Of a stretch of 64,000 nt of DNA, positions 1 through 9,779 are shown piece by piece. A model generated the notes under the pieces. That model had not been told where the DNA came from. It saw only the letters and a program-made list of their open reading frames with translations, and made no database searches. The stretch comes from a bacterium (GTDB lineage Bacteria; Fidelibacterota; Fidelibacteria; Fidelibacterales; Fidelibacteraceae), in the NCBI GenBank assembly GCA_963676395.1, contig OY781066.1, forward strand, positions 1,824,001 to 1,888,000, read 5' to 3'. Within the stretch, counting starts at the first letter, position 1. Each line of letters starts with the position of its first letter. The translations under genes and the position numbers were made by a program.

Positions 1-911
1 GGTATATTAAGCAACTCAAAAATGCCGAACCTAAACTGCCTTTGAGATGGAGCGATGCTCAGATCGAAACCATTCGTCCGGTTCCGTGGAAAACCAAGCA
101 AATTTCGGTTGCAGGACTTGAGCTTAATGTGAAACCGACTTATGCCGGACAGTATTTACGTGTTCAGGATCTGATGATCTTTGAACTCATTCGAATAGCA
201 AACTGGGAAACACCGGTCTATTTTGCGGTTACCGTATCTACCAATGCGCGAGTTGGGCTTGATAGTTACTTATCTATGGAAGGACAGGTTATGCGCCTCT
301 ATCCTGAAAAGGTTGATCCTATTGATGAAGATGCTATTTATGAGAACTTTACCAATAATTACAAATTCCGGAATCTAAATAATCCTGATGTATATTTCTC
401 ACCGAACACTCAGCGTTTGATGCAAAACTATCGTACTGCGGTATTGCAGGCATCTATGAAATTCCTGGAAGATGATAGAGACGATAAGGTAAAAGAACTT
501 CTTGGGACTATTGAAGAAAAGATCCCCGAAGCCATTATACCTCAGTATCATCCTCAAATGACCTTGCAAGCCGGTCACATTCTTTTTGAACTGGGTGATA
601 CGGCAGAATACGAACGTCGAATTGATGAAGTACTTGGTTCCGATAATTTGGATCAACGTACGCTTATATTGGTTGCTCAGGAATTGGTTTACAGTATCAA
701 AAATTACGAAAAAGCCGAGCAAATTCTTTTGCCGATGTACAGACAAAATCCTTATGATAATTGGATTGCCGGTACATTGGTAAGATTATACAGAGAACAG
801 GAAAAATATACGGCTGCATTAAATATCCTGGATAAATGGCTTAAAGTATCTCCTAATGATAATCAAGCTCAGGCCTTAAAAATGCAGATCCAATCTTTGG
901 CGAGTGAATGA
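1..911 (+). CDS. C-terminal part of a DUF2723/TMEM260-like membrane glycosyltransferase with TPR-like tail (5' truncated by window edge)
   Basis: Frame is open from base 3 (YIKQLKNAEPKLPLRW...). 'YIKQLK' and 'PVYFAVTV...LSMEG' motifs; helical TPR-like C-terminus. Confidence 0.65.
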   Translation, partial: YIKQLKNAEPKLPLRWSDAQIETIRPVPWKTKQISVAGLELNVKPTYAGQYLRVQDLMIFELIRIANWETPVYFAVTVSTNARVGLDSYLSMEGQVMRLYPEKVDPIDEDAIYENFTNNYKFRNLNNPDVYFSPNTQRLMQNYRTAVLQASMKFLEDDRDDKVKELLGTIEEKIPEAIIPQYHPQMTLQAGHILFELGDTAEYERRIDEVLGSDNLDQRTLILVAQELVYSIKNYEKAEQILLPMYRQNPYDNWIAGTLVRLYREQEKYTAALNILDKWLKVSPNDNQAQALKMQIQSLASE

Positions 912-1984
912 TCTATAAAACCGTAGATAATCCCGTGATCAGGATTGAAGAAAAAGTGGCTGTTGTGCTCTTGAGTTACAACAGCCGCGAATACATAGAA
1001 CAGTTTATTCCTTATGTATTAAAATCCACTTATGATGATTTTAAGCTTATTCTAGTGGACAATGCTTCTACAGATGATACCTTGGATTTTATGAAAGAAA
1101 ATTATCCGCAGATCGATGTCTTGAATATTGATGTGAATCGGGGTTTTACTAATGGTTTTGTTGAATCTTTAGCTTGTATTAAAGCCAAATATTATGCTTT
1201 GCTGACATCTGATGTTGAGGTGGCACCCAATTGGCTGGAACCTATGGTTGAAGCCATGGATGCCGATGACAAACTCGGCGCTTGTCAGCCTAAGATCAAA
1301 TCATTCAAGGGTCGCGATTCTTTTGAATATGCGGGTGCTTGCGGTGGTTTTATGGATAAATGGGGCTATATGTTCTGTCGCGGTCGACTTTTCGATTCTG
1401 TGGAAAAAGATCGTGGGCAGTACGAGTCCGCCATTGATGTTTTTTGGGCAAGCGGCGCTGTATTCTTGCTACGAGCAGATGTTTACCATGAAGTAGGTGG
1501 TTTTGATAACGATTATTTTGCACATATGGAAGAGATTGATTTGTGCTGGAAGATCCAGCGTGCCGGTTATAGCATTAAAGTGATTCCTGCTTCTGAAGTT
1601 TTTCATGTGGGCGGTTCTGTTATCTTGTACGGCTCGGCCGAAAAAACATTTAGAAATTATCGTAATAATCTTATTCTTATGACTAAGCATCTTCCCGCTG
1701 CACGATTGGTCTGGCTTTTACCCTGGCGTATTTTACTGGATCTGGTGTCTGCATTGCAGGCAATGCTGGCAGGGCGGGATAAAGAAGCCGATGCCATCAT
1801 TAAAGCCCACGGTGATTATCTCAATTCTTTTGGGAAATGGTGCCGGAAACGCCGTGAACTTGTTTCGCGTGTACCTTACCGTAAAATTACAGGTGTGTAT
1901 AATCGTTCGATCGTTTGGCAATATTTTATAAAAGGTAAAACACTATTCTCAGATCTGCCCGGCAGACTGAGTAAAGGAGTTTAA
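908..1984 (+). CDS. Glycosyltransferase family 2
   Basis: VVLLSYN, VDNASTD, NRGFT, WASGA, FAHMEEIDLCW motifs; ATGA overlap with upstream gene. Confidence 0.9.
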   Translation: MIYKTVDNPVIRIEEKVAVVLLSYNSREYIEQFIPYVLKSTYDDFKLILVDNASTDDTLDFMKENYPQIDVLNIDVNRGFTNGFVESLACIKAKYYALLTSDVEVAPNWLEPMVEAMDADDKLGACQPKIKSFKGRDSFEYAGACGGFMDKWGYMFCRGRLFDSVEKDRGQYESAIDVFWASGAVFLLRADVYHEVGGFDNDYFAHMEEIDLCWKIQRAGYSIKVIPASEVFHVGGSVILYGSAEKTFRNYRNNLILMTKHLPAARLVWLLPWRILLDLVSALQAMLAGRDKEADAIIKAHGDYLNSFGKWCRKRRELVSRVPYRKITGVYNRSIVWQYFIKGKTLFSDLPGRLSKGV

Positions 1985-1985
1985 T

Positions 1986-2762
1986 ATGAAAGTGGTCATT
2001 TTCGCCGGTGGTAAAGGAACTAGAATTTCCGAAGAATCTGTTCTTCGCCCCAAACCTATGGTTGAGATCGGTGCTAAACCCATTCTTTGGCATGTCATGA
2101 AACATTACGCCGCTTACGGTCACAATGAATTTGTGATCTGCCTTGGTTATAAAGGTGAAATGATCAAAGAGTATTTTCTGAATTATTCTGCACTTAATTC
2201 CGATTTGCAAATAGATATCAAAGATAATAAGGTTAATGTTACCGGTTCATGTAACGAAGAATTTAAGATTTCTTTGGTGGATACCGGACTCGAGACCATG
2301 ACCGCCGGTCGTTTGAAACGCGTTGAAAAATATTTGAACGGTGAACAATTTATGCTCACCTACGGGGACGGTGTTTCGGATGTGGATATTAATAAATTGA
2401 TCGATTTTCATAATAGCAAAAAGGCAATGGCGACTATGACAGGTGTCCAACCTCAAAGCCGCTTTGGTATTCTTGATATCGACGATAATGATATGGTTAA
2501 AACTTTCCAGGAAAAACCCAAGAATGACAATGTCTGGATCAACGGAGGATTTTTCGTGCTTGAACCGGAAATCTTCGAGCATCTGCATTCGGATGCCGAC
2601 ATTATGATGTGGGAAAGGCAACCGCTGGAAGATATTTGTGCGCTGAATAAATTGGCTGTTTACAAGCATTATGGTTTTTGGAAGTGCATGGACACCTTGC
2701 GCGATAAGATCGAATTGAATGACATGTGGGAAAACGATCCCAAATGGAAGAGCTGGAAATGA
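1986..2762 (+). CDS. rfbF: Glucose-1-phosphate cytidylyltransferase
   Basis: AGGKGTRISEES, PKPMVEIG, TYGDG, INGGFFV, GFWKCMDTLRDK. Confidence 0.95.
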   Translation: MKVVIFAGGKGTRISEESVLRPKPMVEIGAKPILWHVMKHYAAYGHNEFVICLGYKGEMIKEYFLNYSALNSDLQIDIKDNKVNVTGSCNEEFKISLVDTGLETMTAGRLKRVEKYLNGEQFMLTYGDGVSDVDINKLIDFHNSKKAMATMTGVQPQSRFGILDIDDNDMVKTFQEKPKNDNVWINGGFFVLEPEIFEHLHSDADIMMWERQPLEDICALNKLAVYKHYGFWKCMDTLRDKIELNDMWENDPKWKSWK

Positions 2763-3832
2763 TCGCCGAGTTGAAAAAATTTTATCAAGGCAAGAAGGTG
2801 TTGCTCACCGGACATACGGGCTTTAAAGGAGCCTGGATGTTGGTGTTGTTGAATGAATTAGGTGCCGAAGTAAAGGGTTATGCCTTGGAAGCGCCTCGTA
2901 AGAATGACCTTTTTTATGCCATTGAGGGTGACAAACTCTGCGATTCGCAGATCGCCGATATTCGTGATCGTGATAGCATGACGAAAGCTATTGTAGATTT
3001 TCAGCCCGATGTGATCCTGCATTTTGCGGCTCAGGCTATTGTGCGTGAATCCTACAAAACACCGGTTGAGACTTTTGATACCAATGTAATGGGTAGCGTG
3101 CATGTGCTGGATGCCATGCGTCAGTTGGATAAACCTTGTTCGGCTGTGATGATCACCACGGATAAGGTGTATGAGAATATGGAATGGGAATTTCATTATA
3201 AAGAAAATGACAGGCTGGGCGGTTTTGATCCTTATAGCTCCTCGAAAGCAGGTGCCGAGATCGCGATCGCATCGTATCAGAAAGCCTTTTTTAATATGGA
3301 TAAATATGATCAGCATCAAAAAGCTGTCTCCGCCGCACGCGGCGGGAATGTGATTGCGGGCGGAGATTGGTCCGATAACCGTATTATTCCCGATTTGGTG
3401 CGTGCGCTACAGAACGATGAGCCGCTAGAGGTAAGAAATCCTAAGGCGATTCGTCCTTGGCAGCATGTGCTTGAATTATTATACGGATATTTATTGCTAG
3501 GTATGCGTCAAAGTGAAAAAGCCGAAGTATATCAAGGTGCGTACAACTTTGGTCCCGAAAAGGGTGATGAAATGACCGTGGAAAAATTGGTTCAGACTGC
3601 TATCAGGGTCTGGGGCAGCGGCGCTTTCGATCATCAGCCCGATCCCGAACAATTGCATGAAGCAGGTATTTTGCGTCTCGATATTGATAAGGCAAAATCT
3701 GTTCTCAACTGGTTACCCAAATGGACCTCCGAACAGACCGTGGAAAAAACCATGAGCTGGTATAAGGAGTTTGAGGATGGGGAGAAGGCGATTGAACTTT
3801 GCCGTAGACAGATTAAAGAGTATTTTGGGTAG
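2759..3832 (+). CDS. rfbG: CDP-glucose 4,6-dehydratase
   Basis: TGHTGFKG, TTDKVY, DPYSSSK, RPWQHVLE. Start placed at the ATG overlapping the rfbF stop (ATGA). Confidence 0.95.
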   Translation: MIAELKKFYQGKKVLLTGHTGFKGAWMLVLLNELGAEVKGYALEAPRKNDLFYAIEGDKLCDSQIADIRDRDSMTKAIVDFQPDVILHFAAQAIVRESYKTPVETFDTNVMGSVHVLDAMRQLDKPCSAVMITTDKVYENMEWEFHYKENDRLGGFDPYSSSKAGAEIAIASYQKAFFNMDKYDQHQKAVSAARGGNVIAGGDWSDNRIIPDLVRALQNDEPLEVRNPKAIRPWQHVLELLYGYLLLGMRQSEKAEVYQGAYNFGPEKGDEMTVEKLVQTAIRVWGSGAFDHQPDPEQLHEAGILRLDIDKAKSVLNWLPKWTSEQTVEKTMSWYKEFEDGEKAIELCRRQIKEYFG

Positions 3833-3888
3833 ATTTTATACTTTTCAATGATAGAAATGTTTGCCTTGGATTGAAATCCAAGGTATTA

Positions 3889-3997
3889 TTTTGTTCAACC
3901 CCTCGAAATACTCGGGGTTGGATATATTTTTGTATCCTTTTCTCGGCACTTCGTGCCGGGTTATTCAGAGTTTTACTCCTCGACAAGCTCGGAGTAA
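3889..3997 (+). repeat. REP/REPIN-like element family 1, copy A (109 bp, three hairpins)
   Basis: Direct repeat of 4688-4796 (7 mismatches by eye). Hairpins AACCCCTCGAAATACTCGGGGTT, CGGCACTTCGTGCCG and TTACTCCTCGACAAGCTCGGAGTAA. Confidence 0.85.
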
Positions 3998-4094
3998 ATT
4001 GATTAAATTTCATTTCATGAAAATTAAGCAGAAGATGAATATCACGATTGAATATTTTTTGTACAAAAATAATTTAAAACAAAATCCTATAGAA

Positions 4095-4197
4095 AATCCC
4101 GACAAATGGAGGGGGTAAACTCTACATAACCCGGGGTGAAACCCCGGGGAAATAACTCCCTCACACTGTCAACCCCGAGTATTTCGAGGGGTTAAAC
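4095..4197 (-). repeat. REP/REPIN-like element family 1, inverted diverged copy C
   Basis: CAACCCCGAGTATTTCGAGGGGTT and TAAACTCT...ATAACCCGG are reverse complements of copy A segments; abuts the transposase stop codon. Confidence 0.8.
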
Positions 4198-4619
4198 TAA
4201 AGTCCATTTCTTTTTAACAATCCCCCAAATTCCTGATAATAATTATTCTTTTTATGGTGTTCTTTTTGCTTATCAATATAATGTTTGACTGTTTCAAGCG
4301 AAGAATAGTCCTTGGTGAAAACAGAATAACCTATAGCCCAGGACTTGAAATGAGGAAATATTTTTTCTTGTTTAATAAACTTTGACGACGAAACTTTTAA
4401 GTCTTTCATAAAACCTGATATCGAAATATCAAGTCGAATTGATAGTAACATGTGTATGTGGTCTTCAATACCATTAATTGCATATAATACACAATTTTTA
4501 TTCTTTACAAAGGATCTGATGTATGCGTATAAACGATTTTGATTCTTATCATTTAGAACCTTTTCTCGTTTATAGGGCTCAATGATGATATGATAGAGTG
4601 TTTGTCTATATGTTCCCAT
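4197..4619 (-). mobile_element. tnpA: IS200/IS605-superfamily Y1 (HUH) transposase, REP-associated type; no tnpB
   Basis: YHIII, GIEDHIHML (HUH), WAIGYSVFT, VKHYIDKQKEHH (catalytic Tyr). Flanked by family-1 repeats. Start at MGTY assumed; ORF track gives 4634. Confidence 0.85.
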
Positions 4620-4668
4620 TTGATAAAATACCATATTTTAAAATGACTTTCTATATCTAAAAATAGAG

Positions 4669-4684
4669 TGTGATGTAGGTCACA
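4669..4684. promoter_or_regulatory. CRP-family-like operator
   Basis: TGTGA-tgtagg-TCACA, a perfect match to the CRP consensus, upstream of tnpA. Confidence 0.5.
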
Positions 4685-4687
4685 CTT

Positions 4688-4796
4688 TTTTGTTCAACCC
4701 CTTGAAATACTCGGGGTTGGGTATATTTTTGTATCCTTTTTCCGGCCCTTCGTGCCGGGTTATTTAGAGTTTTACTCCTCGACAAGCTCGAAGTAA
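4688..4796 (+). repeat. REP/REPIN-like element family 1, copy B
   Basis: Direct repeat of 3889-3997. Confidence 0.85.
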
Positions 4797-4966
4797 GCAA
4801 GAATCATGCTAATTATTACCATTACGATACTTAGTGAGCAAAATATGAAAATATTGAAGGCAAATTCTTCTAATTTTATATAGCAAACATCACCTTTTAA
4901 CCATTAAATTATGGGGTTGATTAAATGATGTTGTTAAATGTGCATCTACCTTATAAAAAGGATCAT

Positions 4967-5503
4967 ATGAAAATTATCAATACATTATTTGAAGCCGTCC
5001 ACCTTATTGAGCTTCCTCGTTTCGATGATGAACGCGGGTCGTTTATAAAATGCTATGATGAGGCTTCGTTCAAGGAAGCCGGCATCGCAAATTGTTTTAA
5101 AGAATCTTACTTTTCTATTTCAGATAAAAATGTGATCCGTGGGATGCACTTTCAGGTACCTCCGGCTGATCATGAAAAGCTGGTTTGTGTGACCAAAGGT
5201 GCCGTGAAGGATGTCATTCTTGACATACGGAAAGAGTCACCTACTTACGGTCAAGCGATGGAAGTAGAGCTAAGTGCAGAGAATCATTTGGCACTGTACA
5301 TTCCTCGGGGTTTTGCTCATGGGTTTATGAGTCTACAAGATCAAACCATCATGAATTATTTGGTTGCCACCGTGCACTCACCGGAGCATGATAAGGCCAT
5401 ACGCTGGGATTCATTCGGTTTCGACTGGAAAAACGAGCAGCCGGTGATGAGTCAGCGCGATAAAGACGCTCTTCCCCTCAGCGATTTCAAAAGTCCATTT
5501 TAA
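4967..5503 (+). CDS. RmlC/RfbC-family NDP-4-keto-6-deoxyhexose (3),5-epimerase
   Basis: DERGSF, RGMHFQ, KLV.V..G...DV.LDIRK.SPTYG, IPRGFAHGF. Start placed after an AAGGA RBS. Confidence 0.9.
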   Translation: MKIINTLFEAVHLIELPRFDDERGSFIKCYDEASFKEAGIANCFKESYFSISDKNVIRGMHFQVPPADHEKLVCVTKGAVKDVILDIRKESPTYGQAMEVELSAENHLALYIPRGFAHGFMSLQDQTIMNYLVATVHSPEHDKAIRWDSFGFDWKNEQPVMSQRDKDALPLSDFKSPF

Positions 5504-5512
5504 GAGAGAGCC

Positions 5513-6388
5513 ATGAAAGTACTTATTATCGGAGCATCGGGATTGGTTGGCAGTAATTGTTTGCACCGCATGCAGGAAGATCCCACCTTTGATGTGATCG
5601 GCACGCATTATTCTTTTGCTACCAATGATACGGAATATTTTGATGTTTTCGATCAAAGTAAAACAACATTTGATATCAGGGCGTTTTCTCCCGATGCGGT
5701 TGTTCATACCGGTGCTTTAACGCATGTAGATTACTGCGAAACGCACGAGGATGAAAGTTATCGGCATACCGTAGCATCTACCGAGGCTGCTATCGCTCTC
5801 GCGAATGATTTTGGTGCGCGCTTTGTGTACATTTCGTCTGATTATGTTTTCGATGGCGAAGACGGTCCTTACGATGAGAATGCAGAGACCCATCCTATAT
5901 CAGTCTATGGTCGTCACAAACTTCTTGCCGAAAAAATGGTGAGAGAACAATGCGAAAATTATTTGATCCTGCGTATTACCAATGTTTACGGTAGTGAAAT
6001 ACGTGGAAAGAATTTTGTAGCCTTTTTGGCAAAAACGGCAGAGGCCGAAGAAGAAAAAACATTGCGCTTACCGGTAGATCAATTTGCTACACCGATCAAT
6101 GCTGCAGATATTGCAAAGGTTTTGGTCGCTTTATTGAATGACAATAAGCAGGGTATTTATAATATTGCTTCGGACGAATATTTAAGTCGAGTTGAATTGG
6201 CCGAAAGAGTGCTGAAGCACTTTCCGGGGCATAAGGTCAAGGTCGAGGCCATAAGAACCGAGGATCTGGGGCAAGCAGCTCCAAGACCCCTATTCGGTGG
6301 TTTAAAAAATAATAAAATTAAGGGAGAGTATCCCAAGATGGATTTCTCAACCGTTGAAGAATACGTAGAGGAAGAATATGGAACTTAA
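5513..6388 (+). CDS. RmlD-like NAD(P)-dependent NDP-sugar 4-reductase (SDR)
   Basis: GASGLVG, T.VD.CE, ISSDYVFDG, YGRHK, APRP. Confidence 0.85.
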   Translation: MKVLIIGASGLVGSNCLHRMQEDPTFDVIGTHYSFATNDTEYFDVFDQSKTTFDIRAFSPDAVVHTGALTHVDYCETHEDESYRHTVASTEAAIALANDFGARFVYISSDYVFDGEDGPYDENAETHPISVYGRHKLLAEKMVREQCENYLILRITNVYGSEIRGKNFVAFLAKTAEAEEEKTLRLPVDQFATPINAADIAKVLVALLNDNKQGIYNIASDEYLSRVELAERVLKHFPGHKVKVEAIRTEDLGQAAPRPLFGGLKNNKIKGEYPKMDFSTVEEYVEEEYGT

Positions 6389-7691
6389 GAATATTAATAA
6401 GGATCTGGCGGCACAGTTAGAAACCATTGCTAAGCAACGTATAGAACGACCCATGGAACCGGGTGTAGATTATATTCCCGCATCTGGAAAGGTGTTGTTT
6501 GAACAGGATTTGCTCATGGGAGTTGATGCCGTGTTGGACGGTTGGCTGACCGGCGGTCGTTTTAATACAGAATTCGAATCCAGATTGGCTAAAATGATCG
6601 GTAATAAACGCGTATTGACCGTTAATTCCGGTTCATCGGCTAACTTGTTGGCATTTGCAACACTTACATCACCTAAGTTGGGTGATCGTGCACTCACAGA
6701 CGGTGATGAAGTCATTACCGTTGCTTCGGGTTTTCCCACTACGGTGAATCCTATTTTGCAGTTTAACTGTGTGCCTGTATTTGTGGATGTCACCGTGCCG
6801 GGTTACAATGCCAATGTAGACATTCTAGAAGAAGCGGTAGGGCCAAAAACCAAAGCTATTATGCTGGCGCATACCTTGGGTAATCCCTTTGACCTGGAAG
6901 CCGTGATGGCCGTTGCTAAGAAACATGACCTCTGGGTCATCGAAGACAACTGCGATGCCTTAGGCGCTGAATTTGCCGGTAAAAAGACAGGAACCTATGG
7001 TGATTTGGCAACCTGTTCATTTTATCCCGCTCACCATATCACCATGGGTGAGGGTGGAGCGGTGCTTATCAATAATCCCAAACTTATCCGCATAGCCGAA
7101 AGCATGCGCGACTGGGGGAGAGACTGCTGGTGCGAAACCGGTCACGACGATACCTGCAAAAATCGCTTTGGCGGACAGTGGGGCAATTTACCCTTTGGTT
7201 ATGACCATAAATATGTCTACTCCGAAAAGGGATTCAACTTTAAGATCACCGATATCCAGGCCGCCATTGGACTGAGCCAAATGGAACGCATGGAACCCTT
7301 TGCCGAAAAACGCAGACATAATCACGAATATTTAACGAACCTGGTAAAAAGCGAACTGGGTGATCTCATTATTGCCGATGAAGCCCATCCCAAGGCTACA
7401 CCTTCCTGGTTTGGCTGTACTTTTACATTAAATGACGGCTTCCCCAAGAATCGTCACGCACTCCTACAATACCTTGAAGACCATAAAGTCGGTTCAAGAT
7501 TATTATTTGCCGGTAACATCCTTAAACAACCCGGATACCTCGATATTCCACACAGAGTGGTAGGATCATTGGAAAATACTGATCGTGTGATGAATGATAC
7601 CTTTTGGGTAGGGAGTTGGCCTGGATTAGAAGAGAGGCATCTTGATTATATTGCGGAACAGATGGTTAATTTCGTTAAAGAAAATAAATAA
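6378..7691 (+). CDS. rfbH: CDP-4-keto-6-deoxy-D-glucose 3-dehydratase (E1/DdhC)
   Basis: NSGSSANL, EDNCDALG, SFYPAHHITMGEGG (His in place of the PLP Lys), RDWGRDCWC...DTC, GYDHKY. Confidence 0.93.
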   Translation: MELKNINKDLAAQLETIAKQRIERPMEPGVDYIPASGKVLFEQDLLMGVDAVLDGWLTGGRFNTEFESRLAKMIGNKRVLTVNSGSSANLLAFATLTSPKLGDRALTDGDEVITVASGFPTTVNPILQFNCVPVFVDVTVPGYNANVDILEEAVGPKTKAIMLAHTLGNPFDLEAVMAVAKKHDLWVIEDNCDALGAEFAGKKTGTYGDLATCSFYPAHHITMGEGGAVLINNPKLIRIAESMRDWGRDCWCETGHDDTCKNRFGGQWGNLPFGYDHKYVYSEKGFNFKITDIQAAIGLSQMERMEPFAEKRRHNHEYLTNLVKSELGDLIIADEAHPKATPSWFGCTFTLNDGFPKNRHALLQYLEDHKVGSRLLFAGNILKQPGYLDIPHRVVGSLENTDRVMNDTFWVGSWPGLEERHLDYIAEQMVNFVKENK

Positions 7692-7709
7692 TATTATTTA
7701 ACATAATGT

Positions 7710-7742
7710 GTAGAGACGCTGCATTGCAGCGTCTTTTTTTTT
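7710..7742 (+). terminator. Intrinsic terminator formed by a GTAG-type REP-like hairpin
   Basis: GTAG-AGACGCTGCA-T-TGCAGCGTCT followed by a T run, just after rfbH. Confidence 0.75.
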
Positions 7743-7764
7743 GTATGGGTGGGTTTTTGTGATG

Positions 7765-7841
7765 TATTAACGTTTCGCAAATATGCGAAGTGCTATAACA
7801 CCGCATTTGCCGTAGGGCGCAGTGCATATTTCTTGTTATTG
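7765..7841 (-). other. attC-like site 1 (77 bp, distal end of array)
   Basis: TATTAAC...AAATATGC...GCATATTT...GTTATTG. Confidence 0.7.
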
Positions 7842-7868
7842 GTAGAGATTATGGGGTTTTACTAATAA

Positions 7869-8303
7869 TTAAAAAATTATCCATCTATATCTACACTTCT
7901 GCCTTTCACCTTCAAGATATTGATCATTATCTTCAGGTAAATCAACGGTCGTCACATATTCTGCGCCAATCCATTCACAAGTTTTTCTGGATGCGTGATT
8001 ATCAGGATTACAAGTAATCCAAATAACATCAAGACCAAATTTTTTTATTTCATCCTTTAAAAGCAAACAAGCTTTACCAGCAAAATGATTGCCTCGAAAT
8101 TCTTCTATAATACTATAACCCAGATGCCCACCATAAAAAACAATAGAATCTGAATATCCAATTCGAAAATTAATATGTCCAATGACAATGTTCTGAGAAT
8201 TAAGAAAAATATTAAATTCCAAATTTCTTAACCAGTTTTTTTCAGGATTTGCAGGTGAATCTTTTTGCAAAACTAAGCTTATTTCATCATTCGCCAATTT
8301 CAT
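7869..8303 (-). CDS. Cassette gene: GNAT-family N-acetyltransferase
   Basis: GHLGYSIIEEFRGNHFA (AcCoA loop), ITCNPDNHASRKTCE. Start uncertain (8303 or 8324). Confidence 0.85.
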   Translation of the reverse strand: MKLANDEISLVLQKDSPANPEKNWLRNLEFNIFLNSQNIVIGHINFRIGYSDSIVFYGGHLGYSIIEEFRGNHFAGKACLLLKDEIKKFGLDVIWITCNPDNHASRKTCEWIGAEYVTTVDLPEDNDQYLEGERQKCRYRWIIF

Positions 8304-8346
8304 TTTTATAAATAGCCTCTCCAATAATATTATTCAGAATTTTTTC

Positions 8347-8478
8347 CGATAACGGTGGTGGTATGAGGTCGTGGCGGTCAGACGAGAGTCTGAGAGTCCG
8401 ACCGAAACTGAAGTTGGGACGAGATTCGACTTATCGAATCCGCACAAACCCAGTCATGACTTATACCACGTGTTATCG
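8347..8478 (-). other. attC-like site 2 (132 bp)
   Basis: CGATAAC..TGGTATGAGGTCGTGGC...GTCATGACTTATACCA..GTTATCG. Confidence 0.8.
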
Positions 8479-8486
8479 CCAGTAAT

Positions 8487-9761
8487 TTAATTTTTTGAAT
8501 ATTCATTAATTAATTTCTCAGCTTCATTTTTTTGATTTGGGTCTTCATATAATTCTTTCGCTTCTCTAAGTTTTTTTATTGCGTCTTGTTTCATCCCATT
8601 TATTGAATAAACCAATGCTAAACTTTTCTTATTTTGAGCACTTGATTTATAATTTTCAATCGTTTCCGCATATTTAACAGCGCGTGAGGAAGGTATTCTG
8701 TAAAAACTTGTAAATTCTATATAAAAATAATAATGCCAGAAATCATCCATGAAATTTTCCGGTTTCGAATACTCATCCATCCATTTGTTGAAAACTTCAA
8801 TCCCTTGTTTCATGTCTCCATGTCTTGCACAACGATGGGCTTTTAAATAAGGGGTCCAGTGGTCTGCATAGTTTCCCCCGTAATTGCTATATAGGGTAGT
8901 TAAACTGTCTGCTTTTTCAAAGTCTTTATTTTGCTTATACAAAAATTCTGCGTAATCTCTTACGTATCCCAAATGATGATTAAAATTCCCTTTTACAAGA
9001 GCATTTAAGTAATAGTTTACACTATCCATATTGTTGTTATCTCTATAGAAGAAATACAGTTCACTAAATCCCCATTCTTTAAATTGTTTGCTTATCCTTT
9101 CTTTCTTTACAAAGTTTATCATCTCAAGAGGTGATGGTTGTGGTTTTTTTCTTATCATAGAATATGCATGGTATAATTGGGCTTCTGTTTTCAGTTCCTC
9201 ATTATTACTGTGTCTTTCTGCATAGTCGGTAAATTCAATTGTCTTTAAATAAAGGTTTCGAGAAAGCATTTTATCCAGAGCAATCGTTCTAAATAATTCC
9301 AAACTGTCTGGATTTTGATAATATTTCTGTTCAAGAATGATTAAATTTTCTTTTCCTGAAATTATTTTTTTTATTGCATCAATAAACTCATTGGAGTTAT
9401 TTGCTTTTAATCCAACGATTCGGTCAATTTCATCACCATTGAGGTCAGTTATAATAAAGGTTGGATAGCCTGTAATTTTATATTTTTTTACAATTTCTTT
9501 ATTCTCTTCGATCTCTGCATTGATTTTTGTAGATAGAAAATTTCCTGAAATGTAATCTATGAATATACTATCAGTGACTATCTCTTTTTCAAACAATTTA
9601 CAAGGTCCACACCAATTTGTATAAAAATCGATGAATACCATTTTGTTTTCATTCTTGGCATTTTTAAAAACGCTTTTGTAGTCATTGTCAAAATAGGAAG
9701 TAGGCTCTTGTGTACAACCCCAAATTAGCGACAGAATTAGCAACGTGAATATGGTTTTCAT
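8487..9761 (-). CDS. Cassette gene: thioredoxin-domain lipoprotein with TPR-like C-terminus
   Basis: Lipobox IWGC, DFYTNWCGPCK, GYPTF (cis-Pro), helical repeats. Confidence 0.8.
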   Translation of the reverse strand: MKTIFTLLILSLIWGCTQEPTSYFDNDYKSVFKNAKNENKMVFIDFYTNWCGPCKLFEKEIVTDSIFIDYISGNFLSTKINAEIEENKEIVKKYKITGYPTFIITDLNGDEIDRIVGLKANNSNEFIDAIKKIISGKENLIILEQKYYQNPDSLELFRTIALDKMLSRNLYLKTIEFTDYAERHSNNEELKTEAQLYHAYSMIRKKPQPSPLEMINFVKKERISKQFKEWGFSELYFFYRDNNNMDSVNYYLNALVKGNFNHHLGYVRDYAEFLYKQNKDFEKADSLTTLYSNYGGNYADHWTPYLKAHRCARHGDMKQGIEVFNKWMDEYSKPENFMDDFWHYYFYIEFTSFYRIPSSRAVKYAETIENYKSSAQNKKSLALVYSINGMKQDAIKKLREAKELYEDPNQKNEAEKLINEYSKN

Positions 9762-9779
9762 AGTTGTCCTTATTATTGG

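Noticed and set aside
3813..4118. ORFs 3813..4013 and 3861..4118
   Set aside because: They run through REP-like repeats with no RBS or recognisable domain.
4197..4800. IS605-type tnpB/omega-RNA system
   Set aside because: No TnpB, IscB or other RuvC-type ORF near either Y1 transposase.
7696..7706. Perfect XerD-type arm (ATTTAACATAA) next to the array end
   Set aside because: No XerC arm at the 6-bp spacing, and an AT-rich 11-mer can occur by chance in a window this size.
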